From assembly GCF_037042905.1 (NCBI RefSeq), contig NC_087250.1:22012001-22076000 (forward strand): a DNA stretch of 64,000 nucleotides, in the 5' to 3' direction. A program made the position numbers and the translations under genes. Shown piece by piece: positions 1 to 13,741 of this stretch. The stretch comes from Lytechinus pictus (lineage: Eukaryota). Below the pieces are notes generated by a model, which was given only the letters and a program-made list of their open reading frames with translations, was not told the DNA's origin and did not search any database. The first letter of the stretch is position 1; each line of letters begins with the position of its first letter.

Positions 1-373
1 TGGGAGCAACTGTAATGGAAATATGTCAGCAGGAAATTAGTGTAAATTAGTGGTTCAACACAACAGGCTATATTGCGTTGATTTGACATTGACATTCACA
101 CATGGTAATTCATTCCCTTTATGAATTTAACGAAATTCTTCCACTTCCGGTTAAGATAGTCAGGCACAGGCACAGCTGATTTAGATTAATAGGCCTACTG
201 TACGAGTAAATGTTCCATGCTCCTTCAGATGAATTCAGTTTAGTTGGACGCAATGATGTATAACAGTCATTCCTAATAGCCATTTCTTAATTTTCTTTTC
301 TTTATTGGATCGTAAATAGTGATTTTAGTATCAGACAATTTTTACAATTATTTTCCCTTCATTATGTGAACAG

Positions 374-573
374 ATAAAGTTCCATACATCATCATGGGCT
401 ACGTCAACATGAGGGGAGATGCAGAGATTGATTCCAACTCTTACGTCAGTGAGGCAACACGACGGAGATCAAACAAACTCGGGAGCCAAAATATGAGGCC
501 GCAGTACTGTCGGCAAGCCTCGCGCCAGAGCCCCCGCGAGAGATCGGGCTCTCGAGGACGACAGGAACAATAG
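374..573 (+). CDS. Terminal coding exon of a gene entering from the left; probable C-terminal half of an NTR/C345C (netrin/PCOLCE/SFRP-type) domain
   Basis: Pyrimidine-rich acceptor (ttttcccttc...gaacag|, AG at 372-373). The phase-1 frame is open to TAG 571-573: KVPYIIMGYVNMRGDAEIDSNSYVSEATRRRSNKLGSQNMRPQYC...EQ*. The YIIMGxV...G..I..NSY...C pattern resembles NTR-domain C-termini (recalled, not searched). The other two frames stop early. Confidence 0.5.
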
Positions 574-2470
574 AATGGAGGACGTAGAGGGCGTCGCAGA
601 GTCACCAGACAGTAGTAGCGATAAGAAGAAATGACCAGTGAGATGGTTTCTTACGATGCGTCATTCCATTGCGCCTATCAACAACGTTGAGTCCAAGAGG
701 TTCCGTCGAACACGAGGCGACTGTTTGCTAACTTAGCAACTGCCAGAAAGATTCAACCGTCATTCGATGCAACAATCAAACCACAAATGAGAGTGGTATA
801 ATGCCCTAAGTTGATCCATACATACAGGAGAACTCGTATCCCCGAACACTGCCTAAATACCCCCCCCCCCCCAAAGAGCCTTACTCAGCCTTGAAATCGG
901 GGCCACCAATCTCTGAAGCGTTGGAAAATACTATCATTGTGCAGTGATTATGAATCGTATTCTGCATATGGACAGTCCTGCAAAGACGATCTCAAACAAT
1001 GCCAACAATCAAGTAAATTACTTGATACATTCCTGCATGAGTTATAATGAGTTCAAAATATTTACAGCCATTTCTACATACTGCCATAAACCTATTTGCT
1101 TGTTTGTGTATCTCAACTGCATAATACTATCTGGTCCATTCTAGAGTCTGTTAACGTAATGGATTGACGCCTCGGTAAGGACTATACTTCTCATATCTAC
1201 TTTGTATCTATTAACGCTGTAAATCATTGTACAGGTTCTTACGACTGATTATTTGAATATCCTCATCATTACTCATTATTTGCAACTGAGGTAAAGATAT
1301 CGAAAATGGTCCTACAGATAATTTCTTATTTTATCACCTTCAAATTCGTTGGTATCAAAATATGATTCCGTATGTTTTGGTGAATCATTTACTCTTTGAC
1401 AAGGGGCATTATCTCACAAGACAAAAAAAACCCGAGAACACTAATTACTACAATATAATTCTAGTAATGAGTATACAAAAGGCGGAGGGAAGTATCACTG
1501 CGCATGCGTGGAAACGGCGTTCATTTGGTTTAGTGGGTTTTGTTCATAGTGATGTATACATCTCTATGGTTTTGTTCCATTAAAACTTTTTGTAGTATTA
1601 CGCGTTTTCTGCGCTGCAACATGCAGTTCATAATAGATTAATGCGTCGGTATTTTGAAACCGTAAGGTGGAAAACCCTGGAATAAGTTGGCTGGTGGGAA
1701 ACAGACCAATCAAAGAAGCAAATTAATGAAATTTTGAGAAAAAGTAAACAACTAATGATAAGATAGTGACGAGCATTTGAATGTTGGGATCATTAATGCT
1801 ATGTTGACCCCCCCCCCCCCCCCATTGGCAATACGGCCAAGATTTGTGATGTCACAGAAGTGAAAATATCTATTTTGTCCCTGACCACTGAAAATACACA
1901 CCCGAACATATATTTTTGCTCCTTATAATAATACTACAAATTCTTTGTTTATGATTTATTTTATGAAACCTTTATTACATGTCCACCCATGCAAAAAAAC
2001 TTCATCTATTGATAGACTTGACAAAAGTGACAATAAACTTAAAATGTGTAGTAAAGTTTAAGTGGGGAGTTGTACAACTGTAATATCAGAATTGTTGGTA
2101 TCATTGCCAATGGGAAGATGTCCACGCAATTAGCAAGATTAGTGATATAGTGATCTCAATATTGAAATGTTTATATATATTTTTTTTTTTTTGCTTGTTT
2201 GATATTTTTTTTTCGGTTTTCATGCAAGCTTACTTGATGCAAGGGTTTAATTCTTCTTTTAATCTTAATCAAATAGGGGGCAATCTATGAGAATGTGAAT
2301 TAAAGCCTGTGCTGTTGCATTTGCTTTTTTAGTTGTATTGTTGTTTTCTTGTAATGTCTTTTTTCATTTAGATATCTTTCTCTTTTTAATTTCTTTTTTT
2401 CAGAAGGGGCGTAGGCTATTTGTCGTTTTTCTGTTGTTCATTGTTGTCTTGTATATACAACAAATAATAA

Positions 2471-2857
2471 TTAAAGTTATTTGTTAACATTGGTTTGACT
2501 TTTAAAAAATCTGAGCTAGAAGGTCACACTTGTCACCTGTGTCTGTGATATGTTACAAAAATGAAGCCCAGAAAAATTGCGTTCGAAAATAATTATTTAG
2601 TGCTTCAAAAATTGAAATATAAGGTGACCGAAAAAACCCATCTTAATTTCATCCCATACACTTATGTGTACTATTTAGGCGTCTATAAGACGCCAATTTA
2701 CAAAATCGGGGTTTGCCTTGTAGTTTTAGCTTTTCATTCTCAATAATGGTTGTTTTCAGGGTTTATTAGTTCTAATACATGCACTTGTACACATGTTTCA
2801 TCTTGGTTTGAGAATTTTTTTAAATCGGCTGCTCACAAAGTTAAACAATACCTTTAA
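2471..2857. mobile_element. Non-autonomous DNA transposon (Kolobok-like MITE, TTAA TSD), family A
   Basis: TTAA-AG...CT-TTAA ends; a near-identical inverted copy lies at 9660-10156. Confidence 0.75.
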
Positions 2858-3262
2858 TTTCGTGTCTTAAAGAGGAAATGAAAGTTACTATCCGTAAAAT
2901 CATCCTCAGATAATTAGTTTTCAATCATTGCCCATGAGCACAATTTGTGTTGAGCCCTTATCGTAGATGGGCATGTCAGATGAGGGGACTCTTATTTCAG
3001 ACAGAAGCATATCTAGGGAAAGCATCGCCAGAGGAGGGGGTTCAAATGACGTCATTTGTTTTTATATCTGACAATGGGAGTTAGCGTTTAAATCACATCC
3101 TTTCAATATCTTTCCAAAAAAGCAGCTTCTTTATATGATTTTAGTTTGTATTACAGTGATTTTTTCCCCATTCTTTTTTTTAATAAACGTTAGCACACAC
3201 CCTCGAAATTGAATCCGGGGCACGTTTTTCTTTGCCCCCACTGGATATGCAACTGATTGCTA

Positions 3263-3475
3263 CACAGTAAAAAAAACATTATACAACGCTGTTTACTATA
3301 TGAACCTTACAGTAATTGTTTAAACAGTTTAAACAAGTGTTTGAATCTTTAGCAACAGAGTTTAATTTTCAATATCTAATCTTCAATAAATTACACATGA
3401 AACGATTAAACAAATACTGTAAGGTACATATAGTAAACAGCGTTGTATAAAATCTTAAGCAGCGTTTTTACTGTG
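3263..3475. mobile_element. MITE with long TIRs, TA-flanked (CACAGTAAAA...TTTTACTGTG)
   Basis: Extended inverted repeats (tatacaacgctgtttactatatg / catatagtaaacagcgttgtata); TA on both sides. Confidence 0.65.
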
Positions 3476-4486
3476 TAAATGTGTTATTGTTTGACAACTC
3501 ACCATAAAAAAGGCATGTAAACGCCATTTATGCCATTCCTTGTGATTAGAGTTCATTCCTTTACGATTTCCGAGTTCCTATTCTCATTTATATGTCCTTT
3601 TTATCATTTCAGATAAAACAAAATTGATATATTATGCATCACATGAAAACAAAACGTCAATCTTATCTATGTTCACAATTATATTACGTTTACATTGTAA
3701 TTACCATTATATTCTTATCTTGTTAGCAGGTTTATTTTTTGTTTATCATGAAATACCTTGAATATCTTATCGAGAGCCCGTTGCATGAAAGTTATTATTG
3801 TGGTAACTTTGCCTTCCATCGGTAACATTACCCAATAGCCAATCAAAATCAAGGTTTCCATGAAATATTCAGTTGGATGGCAAAGTTGCTACAATATGCA
3901 ACGGGGTCCAGAAAGGAAATAATCCTGTAGAATTTCTTATAATATTGCTGATTAAGAAATAGAACATGCATAATGAATGCTTAATGAAATATGATTTCAT
4001 CATTTTTTTATTATAATGATACCATCAAAAATATGTCTAAAATTCTTGCAAATAGATAAAACTGAAGATCCTGTTGTTATTTACGTTGAAGATATATCAA
4101 CATAATAGGAGAAACTTAACAAAAGACAGTTATGAGGGGCAGACTTTGACATAACATAAAAGTATGTCACATACAAACGTGAGAGTGTATTTGTTTATTT
4201 CCTTTAATAAATAGAATATTTAAACCAAGCCCAATAAAATAGTAAATAGAACTACAGACTTTTTCATTTTATTTGTTTTATATTATGCCATTCAGTAATT
4301 GTACTGTCAAAATTGATTTTTAAATAACCAGTTACCTTTTTCGATACAGATGTCAATAATCATGCCAATTTGGGTTTATATTGCGTAATATAAACTCATC
4401 ACTACAGAAGCAGGGGCTTGATTTGAATGGATTTTCATCTGTATTGACACAGACAAAAGAATCATGTTCTGTATTGACCCTTCATG

Positions 4487-4868
4487 ACTATTTCTGCTCG
4501 TTTTGCAGCTTTTCAGTTCAGACCTCATCCAACACTTTTGAATCCTGCTCTTTTCGTGATAGCATGATCTTAACAAGCATGGTATCATTTCAAAGATAAT
4601 TAACTGATCTTTTGAATGATGTAAAATATGCATTGTGTAATATTGGGAGTTGGGAGAAATGAATGGCCTAAGTCAGATTTCCAAACTATTTTGCTCGTTT
4701 TGCAGCTTTTCAATTTAGACCTCATCCAACACTTTTGAATCCTACTCTTTTCGTGATGGCATGATCATGACAAGCATGGTATCATTTTAAAGAAAATTAA
4801 ATGATCTTTTGAGTGATGTAAAATATGCATTGTGTAAAATTGGGAGTTGGGATAAATTAATGGCCAAG
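4487..4868. repeat. Tandem duplication, ~198-bp unit, 2 diverged copies
   Basis: 4487-~4670 repeats at 4685-~4868 (gctcgttttgcagctttt...agacctcatccaacacttttgaatcct...). Confidence 0.85.
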
Positions 4869-7087
4869 TTCCAAGCTTTTTTGAGAGGTTTATAGGTATA
4901 ACCAAGTTGTATATTTTATGCCAGTTGATACATTAGAAATTTGGAAATGTAATACAAAAACTTATTACCTCTACACAAAGACAATTTTGATAAAAACGAT
5001 CTTAATACAGATCAATGAATCAACTTTTGTTTGTATTATTGTAATAATTGGGGTTGATTATTTATTAAAAGTACTCTGTAGGAAATACAGAATCACATCA
5101 GTTCATACTGATATTCTGAATCGATCAATCATCAACGAATAAATACAGTTTGATTTACATTTATTTGCTGTCAATTGAGATGTCATTTTAATGATAATAA
5201 TGACAGTGAATATTTTAGAGCTCATTGTCTGGCAAAAAATAAATTATTATTGGCGCAGTCATGCTAGAGAAGAGGCTGAATATGATTGTGGGCATATAGC
5301 TAATATCAGGAAAGTGGGCAAATTAACATTATATTGATATAAATGGAATCCAGTGTAATTGTCAAAGTGAGGTCTATTGTCAGACATTACATATACATAT
5401 TATAATAATACGATCTACAAGACATAAAAACATGTAATAATTTTTTGCAATGGTAAATAAGTACAAATGAATAACTATGTAGGATTAAAATTTGATTATT
5501 TCTTTTCAGTGACACCTGCTGGAAAGGACAGTGTCACACAATGTGTTAACATTGTGGACTACGTGAAAATATTTGTTAAAATGTTCAAATTTAACAGTGT
5601 GAAGGCGATTTCGCATAGTGTTTCACACTGTAAACACACTGTGGGAGACTGTGTTCATTCCAGGAGGGAAGTACTACATTGTCGTACACTGTAGCAACGC
5701 ATTTAAATGATAAAATGTGAATGGTACGTAATATCCTTCAGGGAGAGATGAAAACAATCCGAAATCAGATTTTTGTTTCAAAAATTGTTAACCTTATTTT
5801 CATCTAAAAAAAACATTTGGCCATTTTTGCCCTTTGCCTGTTTCTAAATGTTATCGTTTGATATATTTCATGTCACTTATTATGTTTGTTTTCTTTTGTT
5901 TACTTTAAAGTACGAACTCTATAACAGAAGTGACCATGGGAGTACACATTGAATCCAATTAATGTATCCAATTGCCTCGTGCTTTAAGAAGGATTCATAA
6001 ATACAAGTGTTCTTGTATGTCTTCATAAATGATTTCATTAAAATATAATAAATATATTTTACGTCATTCAGTATAAGAACTGTACTTTCTGTGAGTCTTG
6101 AAATATGTAATTACTTTTATTGTTATTCAACTAGTCTTGCATGTGGGCGGGATCAGATTTTTGGTCTCTCAGTATCTTATTAAAAAAAGCGTGTCTAAAT
6201 CTCTGTGAAAAATAAACCTTCGCAATAATATGTGTCTTTGAATAACTAGAAACAGTGAAAAGAAAATAACTCTCTCAATCGCCTTGTCAACAGCTTTCTG
6301 AACAATGTCATTAACCAGTTGACTACTGAATTCTGAGATTCTCATAGGCATTGTACAGTGATCACCTGGTTCCAGTAGACGATGGCTTAATTTCATTCAG
6401 AATAATGGGATCACTGTCTGCTAGCTTTTGCGTCGGATTAGATCGCAGGTATATTAGCCATAATAGAGTTAAAGATGCGTAGCGGTATAAGAAGATTAAG
6501 ATTGATTTGTTTAAAATGCAGGCATAAAAGCTTACCTGGTTAACTCCCAGGACAGGCACTTAATAAGAAAGGTCAGTTGTAAGGTGACAGAATCCAACAC
6601 CGATATGGCTGCATGGGACTGGTCATAAAAATTTCCAGAGTACTTGCCAAGCAGATAGGTTAGGTCCAAGACAGGCCATACAAATCAGGATTTGTAGGTT
6701 CCAGTTGAAGGATGACATATAAGTACTCATTCAAAACGTGATGGAAAATGTTCACGAATGTGACACCATTGATGTAAGAATATGAAAAACAGTGTACGAA
6801 GCCAAACAGAAAGCACAGAACGTAGGTAGCAGATTGAGTTGCTTTGTTCTCAATTCCCAAATTTAAACAATATACGAATTTGGAAATAAAAAGGAGTAAA
6901 ATTTGATGCGAATATCACATGGAACATGTTACTGTTAAGTTCTAAATCATCTCACGAATACTTATGTTCAAATCTGTGACTATGCTAACATCCTAGAATA
7001 AAAACGAACTGAATACCTGCATGTAACCGCCTATACTAACCGTAGTACTGGCTATCTTTTGAAATCGACTCGACATCCCCCCCCCCC

Positions 7088-7123
<36 letters not shown>

Positions 7124-7215
7124 TGCAATAAAAAAAAAACATTGCTAATTAAAAGCTCAAGTAAAAATGAATTTTTTTTCTTCACATTTTCTAAAATAAG
7201 CAAAATGTGATGCGT

Positions 7216-7363
7216 TCGGTCCAATTTGCTCTACGGCAAGTCGAAACCAGCCGTTATCTACATTTTTGTTATAGCTACAAAATAGGTGGTTTGAATAAAA
7301 CTGAATAAAACGGCTGTTTTCGAGACGCCGTACCGCCGCCATAGAGCAAGTGTTACTGGGGTA
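7216..7363. mobile_element. Degenerate palindromic PIF/Harbinger-like MITE just downstream of the ZU5 gene stop codon
   Basis: Same family as 18895-19056 (tttgctctacggc...gtcgaaa...cagccgtt / aaaacggctgttttcga...gccgtac). Confidence 0.6.
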
Positions 7364-7436
7364 TTCAAGTCGGATCTTGGACCAGATGTAGGCCTAATGT
7401 GTGCGGAAGCCTTTAGAGATCGCCGTAATATCCCTA

Positions 7437-10400
7437 CTATTCTTTGAAGATCTTCTTGCTGAGGTCGTGTAGCTCGGCCCGCTTGAGGGCGCTCTCTAAC
7501 CCTGCTCGCTGTTCTGCAGTGCGTGTCTTTGCCCGCCAATGTAGAAGCACATCACGGGTGCCTCTCTCAGTAACCCTCCCTTCAGAGCGGTTGACCTCCA
7601 GGCAACGTCTTCGGCCAAGAAGACTGATGTCAAGAGCTCCCATCAGTGTCTCAAGGACATCATCGTTGTCGATCTGATCAGCAACCTTGAACAGGAGGTC
7701 GTCTTCGATGTTCTCCACTTGCTTCCTAATATAAAAAAGATGAAGGGAACTAGATTGGCAAAGGTGACACGAGATTTGCTCCTGCGACAATTTCTCTGGG
7801 TTTTACTTCGTCTAAGATGTACTGTTAGACTGAAGAGTTAGGGCTCCAATAGGGTCATATGTTAGGTTTGGGGAGCAATGTCGCCGGAGCAAATGGCGGG
7901 AACCTCGGAACCATTTCCTAGAGCTGGAATAACGTCAAGTATTCTGGGCTTTTATAAAACGGACTGCCGAACTATTCCGCTTTATTTCGTTTGCGGATTA
8001 ATAAAATCTCGACTGAATGAGCCTTTAGACGGAGGCACCTTCAGAATTTCGAGCCTTGGGGATATCGAGCCGTAACCCATAGTTAACCAGTAGTTTATAT
8101 TTTTTATATAAGCATAATGGAAATACTGTTTGTCAGTGTAATTGATAAAGGATAAAGGATTTTAACCAGTAGTTTATAATTGCAGACTAGACATTTGATT
8201 CCCACATACACGTGTTGGTTAGGCCTACTATCCCCCTCTGTCCACAATCCTTATTATTTAGATCGTTCATGTCAAGGAAACACATACTTACTTATTTTTG
8301 CTTTTGCTATCTCTGTCATCATCGTCATCAATGGCAAGTCTTTTCGCAGCTAAAAACCATACGAAATAATAAATCGAAAAATATGTATTAATCCTGATGT
8401 TTTTCATCCCCTGCAGCTATTATGTAATAATATCCACATAGTTTTGACAATTATCACTCGTAAGGAGCCTGATAAAAATGCTCAACATTGGGTTTTTTTA
8501 AGGAACAAGGCTGAGATTAGACTATCATTAATATGAATAAAGACCTTAAAACTCAACATAGGCCTTATCACATTAATCATAAGAGCAGAGTAATTGGAAT
8601 GATGTTTTATCCCCAGAACAATTTAAAAATTATTGCTTCATTTTTTTATTTGTATTTGCATCGAGTAAATTATTCCTTATCATCAACAAACTATCATGAT
8701 GCAATAATGAAAGCAGCATTTTCAGAGAAAATATTAAAAGAACAATAATTACCACTTTCCTTCCAGAAATATTTAAGCATGCAAAGAACTAAAAGCATTA
8801 CCTTGAAGAACAGTTCTGAACTGAAGAGACGCACTGTTCGCATTTGGTGTGGTTCCTTGGGCCAGGTTAATGGTTATTTTTAATTCATTCTCTGGTTTCT
8901 GGCTGTAGTCAAGTTCTACAAAGATCACGTTTCTCTCAAGATGAAGGATACTGTCATAGTTTAGCGTCTAAGTATCGAAAAACGATTCATAATAAATATC
9001 ATACCCACATTTCTTATAAATATCAAAATCTCTACTTAATTAATTGGTAATAAATGAAACAAATTTAGGCACATGCTATGAAACCTACCTATCACATTTT
9101 TATGTATTAATTTTTTAGACAAACAATAGATTCTAGTTCACGCTGCGGTATAATCATGCTGAAAAAAGACGGTGTCGCACAATGTTTACAGAGTGTTCAC
9201 ATAGTAAATTACAAGCAGATGTGATTCAAACCGTTAAAATGCCTAAGTGTGACAATGTTTTCACACTGTGTATGGCAGTGTGAACACAATGTGGGTCACA
9301 GTAGCTGCTTTAGGATGAAGAGTCTTCGTTGTTCGATTTCGAATCCCGAGAAGAAGTTTGAGGTCAAGTCACCGGAGAACTATACAGGGTCCTTTCGGCA
9401 TCGGTGTAAAACCTGCTTAAAGTCGTCATAACGTCGGCACTGTTTATTATTTGTTTGGCGTCCCATGTGCCTATATAGGAGGCGAAAAGCGAACTAAATC
9501 ACTGTGACCTACAGGTTTCCCCTCCAAAATTAATAATTATAACTGATTGGGGGAGTGCAGCTAGACCACTACGCTGGCGTTTCCCCCAAATCTTATACGA
9601 ATAGTGCAATTGGTTCTTAACGTGCCAAGGTGATGACTATCCTCTACACGGGGTGTAAATTAAAGGTATTGTTTAAATTTGTGAGCAGCCGATTGAACAA
9701 ATTTTCAAACCAAGATGAAACATCAGGGACCTATCCACAGAGGATTAGTTTATTGTTACTGGGGGTGCTGAACATTGTCACAGCACCCCCAGTAACAATA
9801 GATAATCCTCCGTAGCCAGGTCCATGTGAAACATGTGTACAAGTGCATGTATTAGAACTAATAAACCCTGAAAACAACCATTATTGAGAATGAAAAGCTA
9901 AAACTACAAGGCAAACCCCGATTTTGTAAATAGGCGTCTTATAGACGCCTAAATAGTACACATAATTGTATGGGATGAAATTAAGATGGTGTTTTCGGTC
10001 ACTTTATATTTCAATTTTTGAAGCACATAATAATTATTTTCGAACGCAATTTCTTCTGGGCTTCATTTTTGTAACATATCACAGACACAGGTGACAAGTG
10101 TGACCTTCTAGCTCAGATTTTTTTAAAGTCAAACCAATGTTAACCAATCACTTTAACGTCCTATTCGAGGGAGGGAGTGTTTTCCACTGTAACGTAAAGC
10201 CTTTATCTTTATAGAGCAGGGGAGTGACGTTTACACACAATGCACTGGCTTCTGTCATCCGCGCGGGGTGGACTCGAACCCACGATCTTTGGTTCAACAG
10301 GCATGGAGCATTGGTCTAAAAAAATAACTTCGGAATTACCTTCTTAAACTCTTGACGATTCTTGTCTTTGATGATTATCCTGAGATCGTCCCCGGTTGGT

Positions 10401-13400
10401 TTAAGAAGCATTTCGCACTCTTGTGTCAGGGGCTGCTTGAATCCAAACATCACCTCCTCCTTCTTGATACGCTAGCAACGTAAATAGATAACAGATTAGA
10501 TAGTTTGAATAAAATAATTGTATACTTTTGTTATTTAAATGTGAAATAAAATTAAAATGGTCTCCAGACCGATCAATTAAAAAGGTAAAAATTTTAAATC
10601 AATTCCAATTAAATGCAATCAGAAGGTTTTGGTAACGGTTTATTTGTGGGTGTGGGTGTGACATATAGCATAAACAATATAACAATATTTGAATGCATGA
10701 AACGAATATAGTGTCTTGAGAAGATATATCCCGCATATAAAGACGAATGTTGTGAAACTCGAGAAATGAAATAATTTAATCTTGTTTCATTTTTAATATA
10801 ACCAACATTGTGACATGATCAATGACAAATACTCTTCGTAGGCCCATGCACATGGATCCTCCAAAAGCAGTATACATCTGTTTCTATACAAAGAAAAAAG
10901 CTTGGCCTTTAAAACGTTCTAAGACTGATGAGAGATTGAAATATCCGCTGCGCAGCTGAAGGGTAGACTATTGTGAAAAGGTTTCATTAAAAGGTAGATT
11001 CTTACAAGTAATGGGAATCAGTCAAAATGACTAGTTAATAGGGTCAGCTAGGTACAACTGTTATTCTAATCAAATTTGACCATTTTCTAGCCGTATTTTA
11101 CTAGCACAGAGTTATATCGGATTAGAATATTCGGCGTCAAAAAATTGACTAGAATTAATCAGTTGTACCAAGCTGACTACTAATCAAATCAATTTGACTG
11201 ATTTGTTTTAACGAATTATAGGTTTGCCAGAGAGGCCTGAGTTACCAAACTACCGTCTTTAATACCTCACTATGCCCTTCTGTCAAATCATAGACGTAGC
11301 AGTGGACTGTTGGTCTCCTATTACGAGGCATCTCAAGAGGAACGAACGGAAGGCACCCGATTTTCTTTCCCTTGCAGATGTTTGATTTAATGCGAATCCA
11401 GAAATCGCCCAATTTCTTGACGTAGATGTGGATTTTATCTTCGAAAAACTCACAAAGAGGAGGAACGAGCTCTGTCCTGGTAATGTTTTGATCACCTGAT
11501 AGAGACGAAGCCGAAGAATGTTAAAATAGTATATATATATATATATATATAATAAAAGAACACCCCCCTTTATTACCAATAAAGGGGGTGTCCACTGTGC
11601 CCCTCACCCCCTCCCCCCCCCCCCCGAAATTACGCCTGCCTCTACTTTGGCTATTTTATCCTAAATATTTTGTAACTATATTTTTATAATTATATTTAAA
11701 AAGATATTTCTTTATTATCGTGTTTTTTATTATTATTATATTGTTAAAGATATTTTTTTATCCCAGATTAATCATTTAGATATACCTACAGGTATGCTTT
11801 GAAAATATAACATTAAAAAAACGCTACTCCTTTCGTATTCAACTATCTGTTTTTCTCATTTGTTCCTTTAATATTTGTGATAAAAGGTACGGAGAATGAC
11901 CCATGATCCCTTATCCTCTTCATCCCCGCGTGTACCAAATCTGTTTCATATGATTACCTTTTGAATGTGTTTATAGGCTGATCGGCCATTAATCTTATTG
12001 ATGTTGCTAACCCCATTTACATGTATATTTTCCCTTCTGGAGAGAAGCCTCTCCCCCCCCCCCCCTCAACACTCTTGGCTGACATATTTATTGAGAACTA
12101 ATACCTTCATCGTCGAACGAATCTGCCTGTCGGGAGTAAAGCAAAAGGCTACCCTCTCCAGACAGAACCTGTCCAGTCAGCTCGGCGCAGTGTGTGAGTA
12201 TGAGCTGTACCGGTTCAGAAAAGGTCTGACCGGAAGGAAAACACCGGATAGCAGGACAGAGTGACATTTCATCCTTTGACGTAAATTCGTCTGGCAGTTC
12301 CTCTCCAAGAAGCTGCAGTATGATGTCTTCATTACCTACAATATATTTGACAATGACACGTATCTCTCGATATTGAGGGTAAAGAATATTCAAAGAGCCA
12401 GTTATCAAATTATAGCTTACCATAGGGCCAATATGGTAAGCAACAAAACGATTGCTCTTTTTTAATCAATTTTCCTTCACCTTTATATCTTAACAATTGT
12501 TCCAAGACATGTGTGTAAACTGCTTAGCCCAAATAGAATTGATTGATTATATTTGTAAGGCGTACGGGCATTTGTTTTTTAACTACATATGTAGATACTG
12601 ATCAGGAATTGATTAAACAATAGTAATTTCATGAAAGCATATATTCAATAGTACTTGAATGTATCAAATAATGCAAGATATCATTGAAGGAAAATAATTT
12701 AGAAGTATACAGTACCTAGAAGAGCGCCTTGGGGTACGTTCAATGCGACCCCATTGCCTTTGATAGTGAGGAAACCTCCCTTCCTCCCAATAGTCTTCCG
12801 AGCACTTGGGGCTTCGGAAGAGGAAGACTTCCGGAGACTGAAATGCCGTTCCACTAAAGATTTCAAAGAGAAATACAAGAAAGTTCATTTCCTTATTTAG
12901 TCGCGAAAAATATTGTAACGACTGCGTCGTCTTTTCGGCATTCAACGTCACGCTTAAAGCACACCGTTGCATGTTCACATACTTACACGCACAGCCTATA
13001 CACACGAACCCACAAACCCTTACACACACACACACATACATTTCTTTTTCTTAAATGTCTCGCTTTGAAACTAATACAAACCATAATGACCAATTCAATA
13101 TCTCTCCGTCTGTTCCGTCTATTCTCTGTCTGCCCCCCCCCCCCCATACCCTGTCACATATTAGGTCCCATCGTGAACACGAGGAATATTAAAAATAACA
13201 GAATATAAAGAAGTTCACCATTATACGGTTTATTTTCATTTGGTCCAATGCCAACTCGTCTACTATGTATTGTTCTACCATCAGTTCGTCCAATATCCAC
13301 ATGGTCTAATTGCCATTTCGTTCACTCACCATTTCGTCTTATAGCCAGTTGGTCCAATATAGCCATTTAGTCCGTATACAATTTGGTGTATAATTAGACT

Positions 13401-13741
13401 TTAGAAGTGAATTAATTGGGCGAAATGAATGAAAAATAAAACGATTAGAACCAACTGGTTATGAGACGAAATGGTCATAGACGAACTGGTGATTAGACGA
13501 AGTGATGATTAGACCAAATGGTTTTTGGACAAAACGGTTGTTGACGAAATGTTGATGGATGGAATGGCATTAGACTAGATGAAGGTAGACCATGTGGTGA
13601 GTGCACGATTGGGCAGTGGACGAATTGGCAATTCATCCATTATACTACATGCGGATATAAAACATGAGGCATAAGTCTTTCTCGTGTGAAGACATAAATT
13701 TATGAGAAAGATAAGCTTTTATTACTCACCAACTCCATGCG
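7437..13741 (-). CDS. ZU5-UPA-death domain protein (UNC5C-like/ZUD type), multi-exon core
   Basis: Exons in minus-strand order: 13730-13741, 12716-12853, 12105-12335, 11266-11495, 10340-10471, 8802-8967, 8292-8349, 7437-7725. All have GT-AG boundaries, matching phases and no internal stops. ZU5: IGRKGGFLTIKGNGVALNVPQGALLGNEDIILQLL...LCPAIRCFPSGQTFSEPVQLILTHCA. UPA-like: VHCYVYDLTEGHSERIKKEE...KITINLAQ. Death domain: EDDLLFKVADQI...TRDVLLHWRAK...LESALKRAELHDLSKKIF*. Confidence 0.85.
9660..10156. mobile_element. Kolobok-like MITE family A (inverted copy) carrying a nested 103-bp element
   Basis: TTAA TSD at 9660-9663 and 10153-10156; reverse complement of 2471-2857 apart from the insert. Confidence 0.8.
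9724..9826. mobile_element. 103-bp hairpin MITE, hAT-like (8-bp TSD TGAAACAT)
   Basis: TSD at 9716-9723 and 9827-9834; termini CAGGGACC...GGTCCATG; internal palindrome attgttactgggggtgctg / cagcacccccagtaacaat; absent from the 2471-2857 copy. Confidence 0.8.
13214..13638. mobile_element. MITE built of short ggtc(c/t)aat / tagac(c/g)aa subrepeats with inverted halves
   Basis: The same family occurs at ~31197-31350 plus ~31866-32076 and at ~58563-58868. Confidence 0.65.

Larger units (their letters stand above)
9553..10315 (-). mobile_element. tRNA-derived SINE (Meta-domain-like body), interrupted by a MITE at 9660-10156
   Basis: Reverse B-box ggactcgaaccc near 10270-10281. The body motif ggttcttaacgtgc...ctacacgggg...ttaa|cgtcctattcgaggga is continuous once the TTAA insertion is removed. 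Confidence 0.6.
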
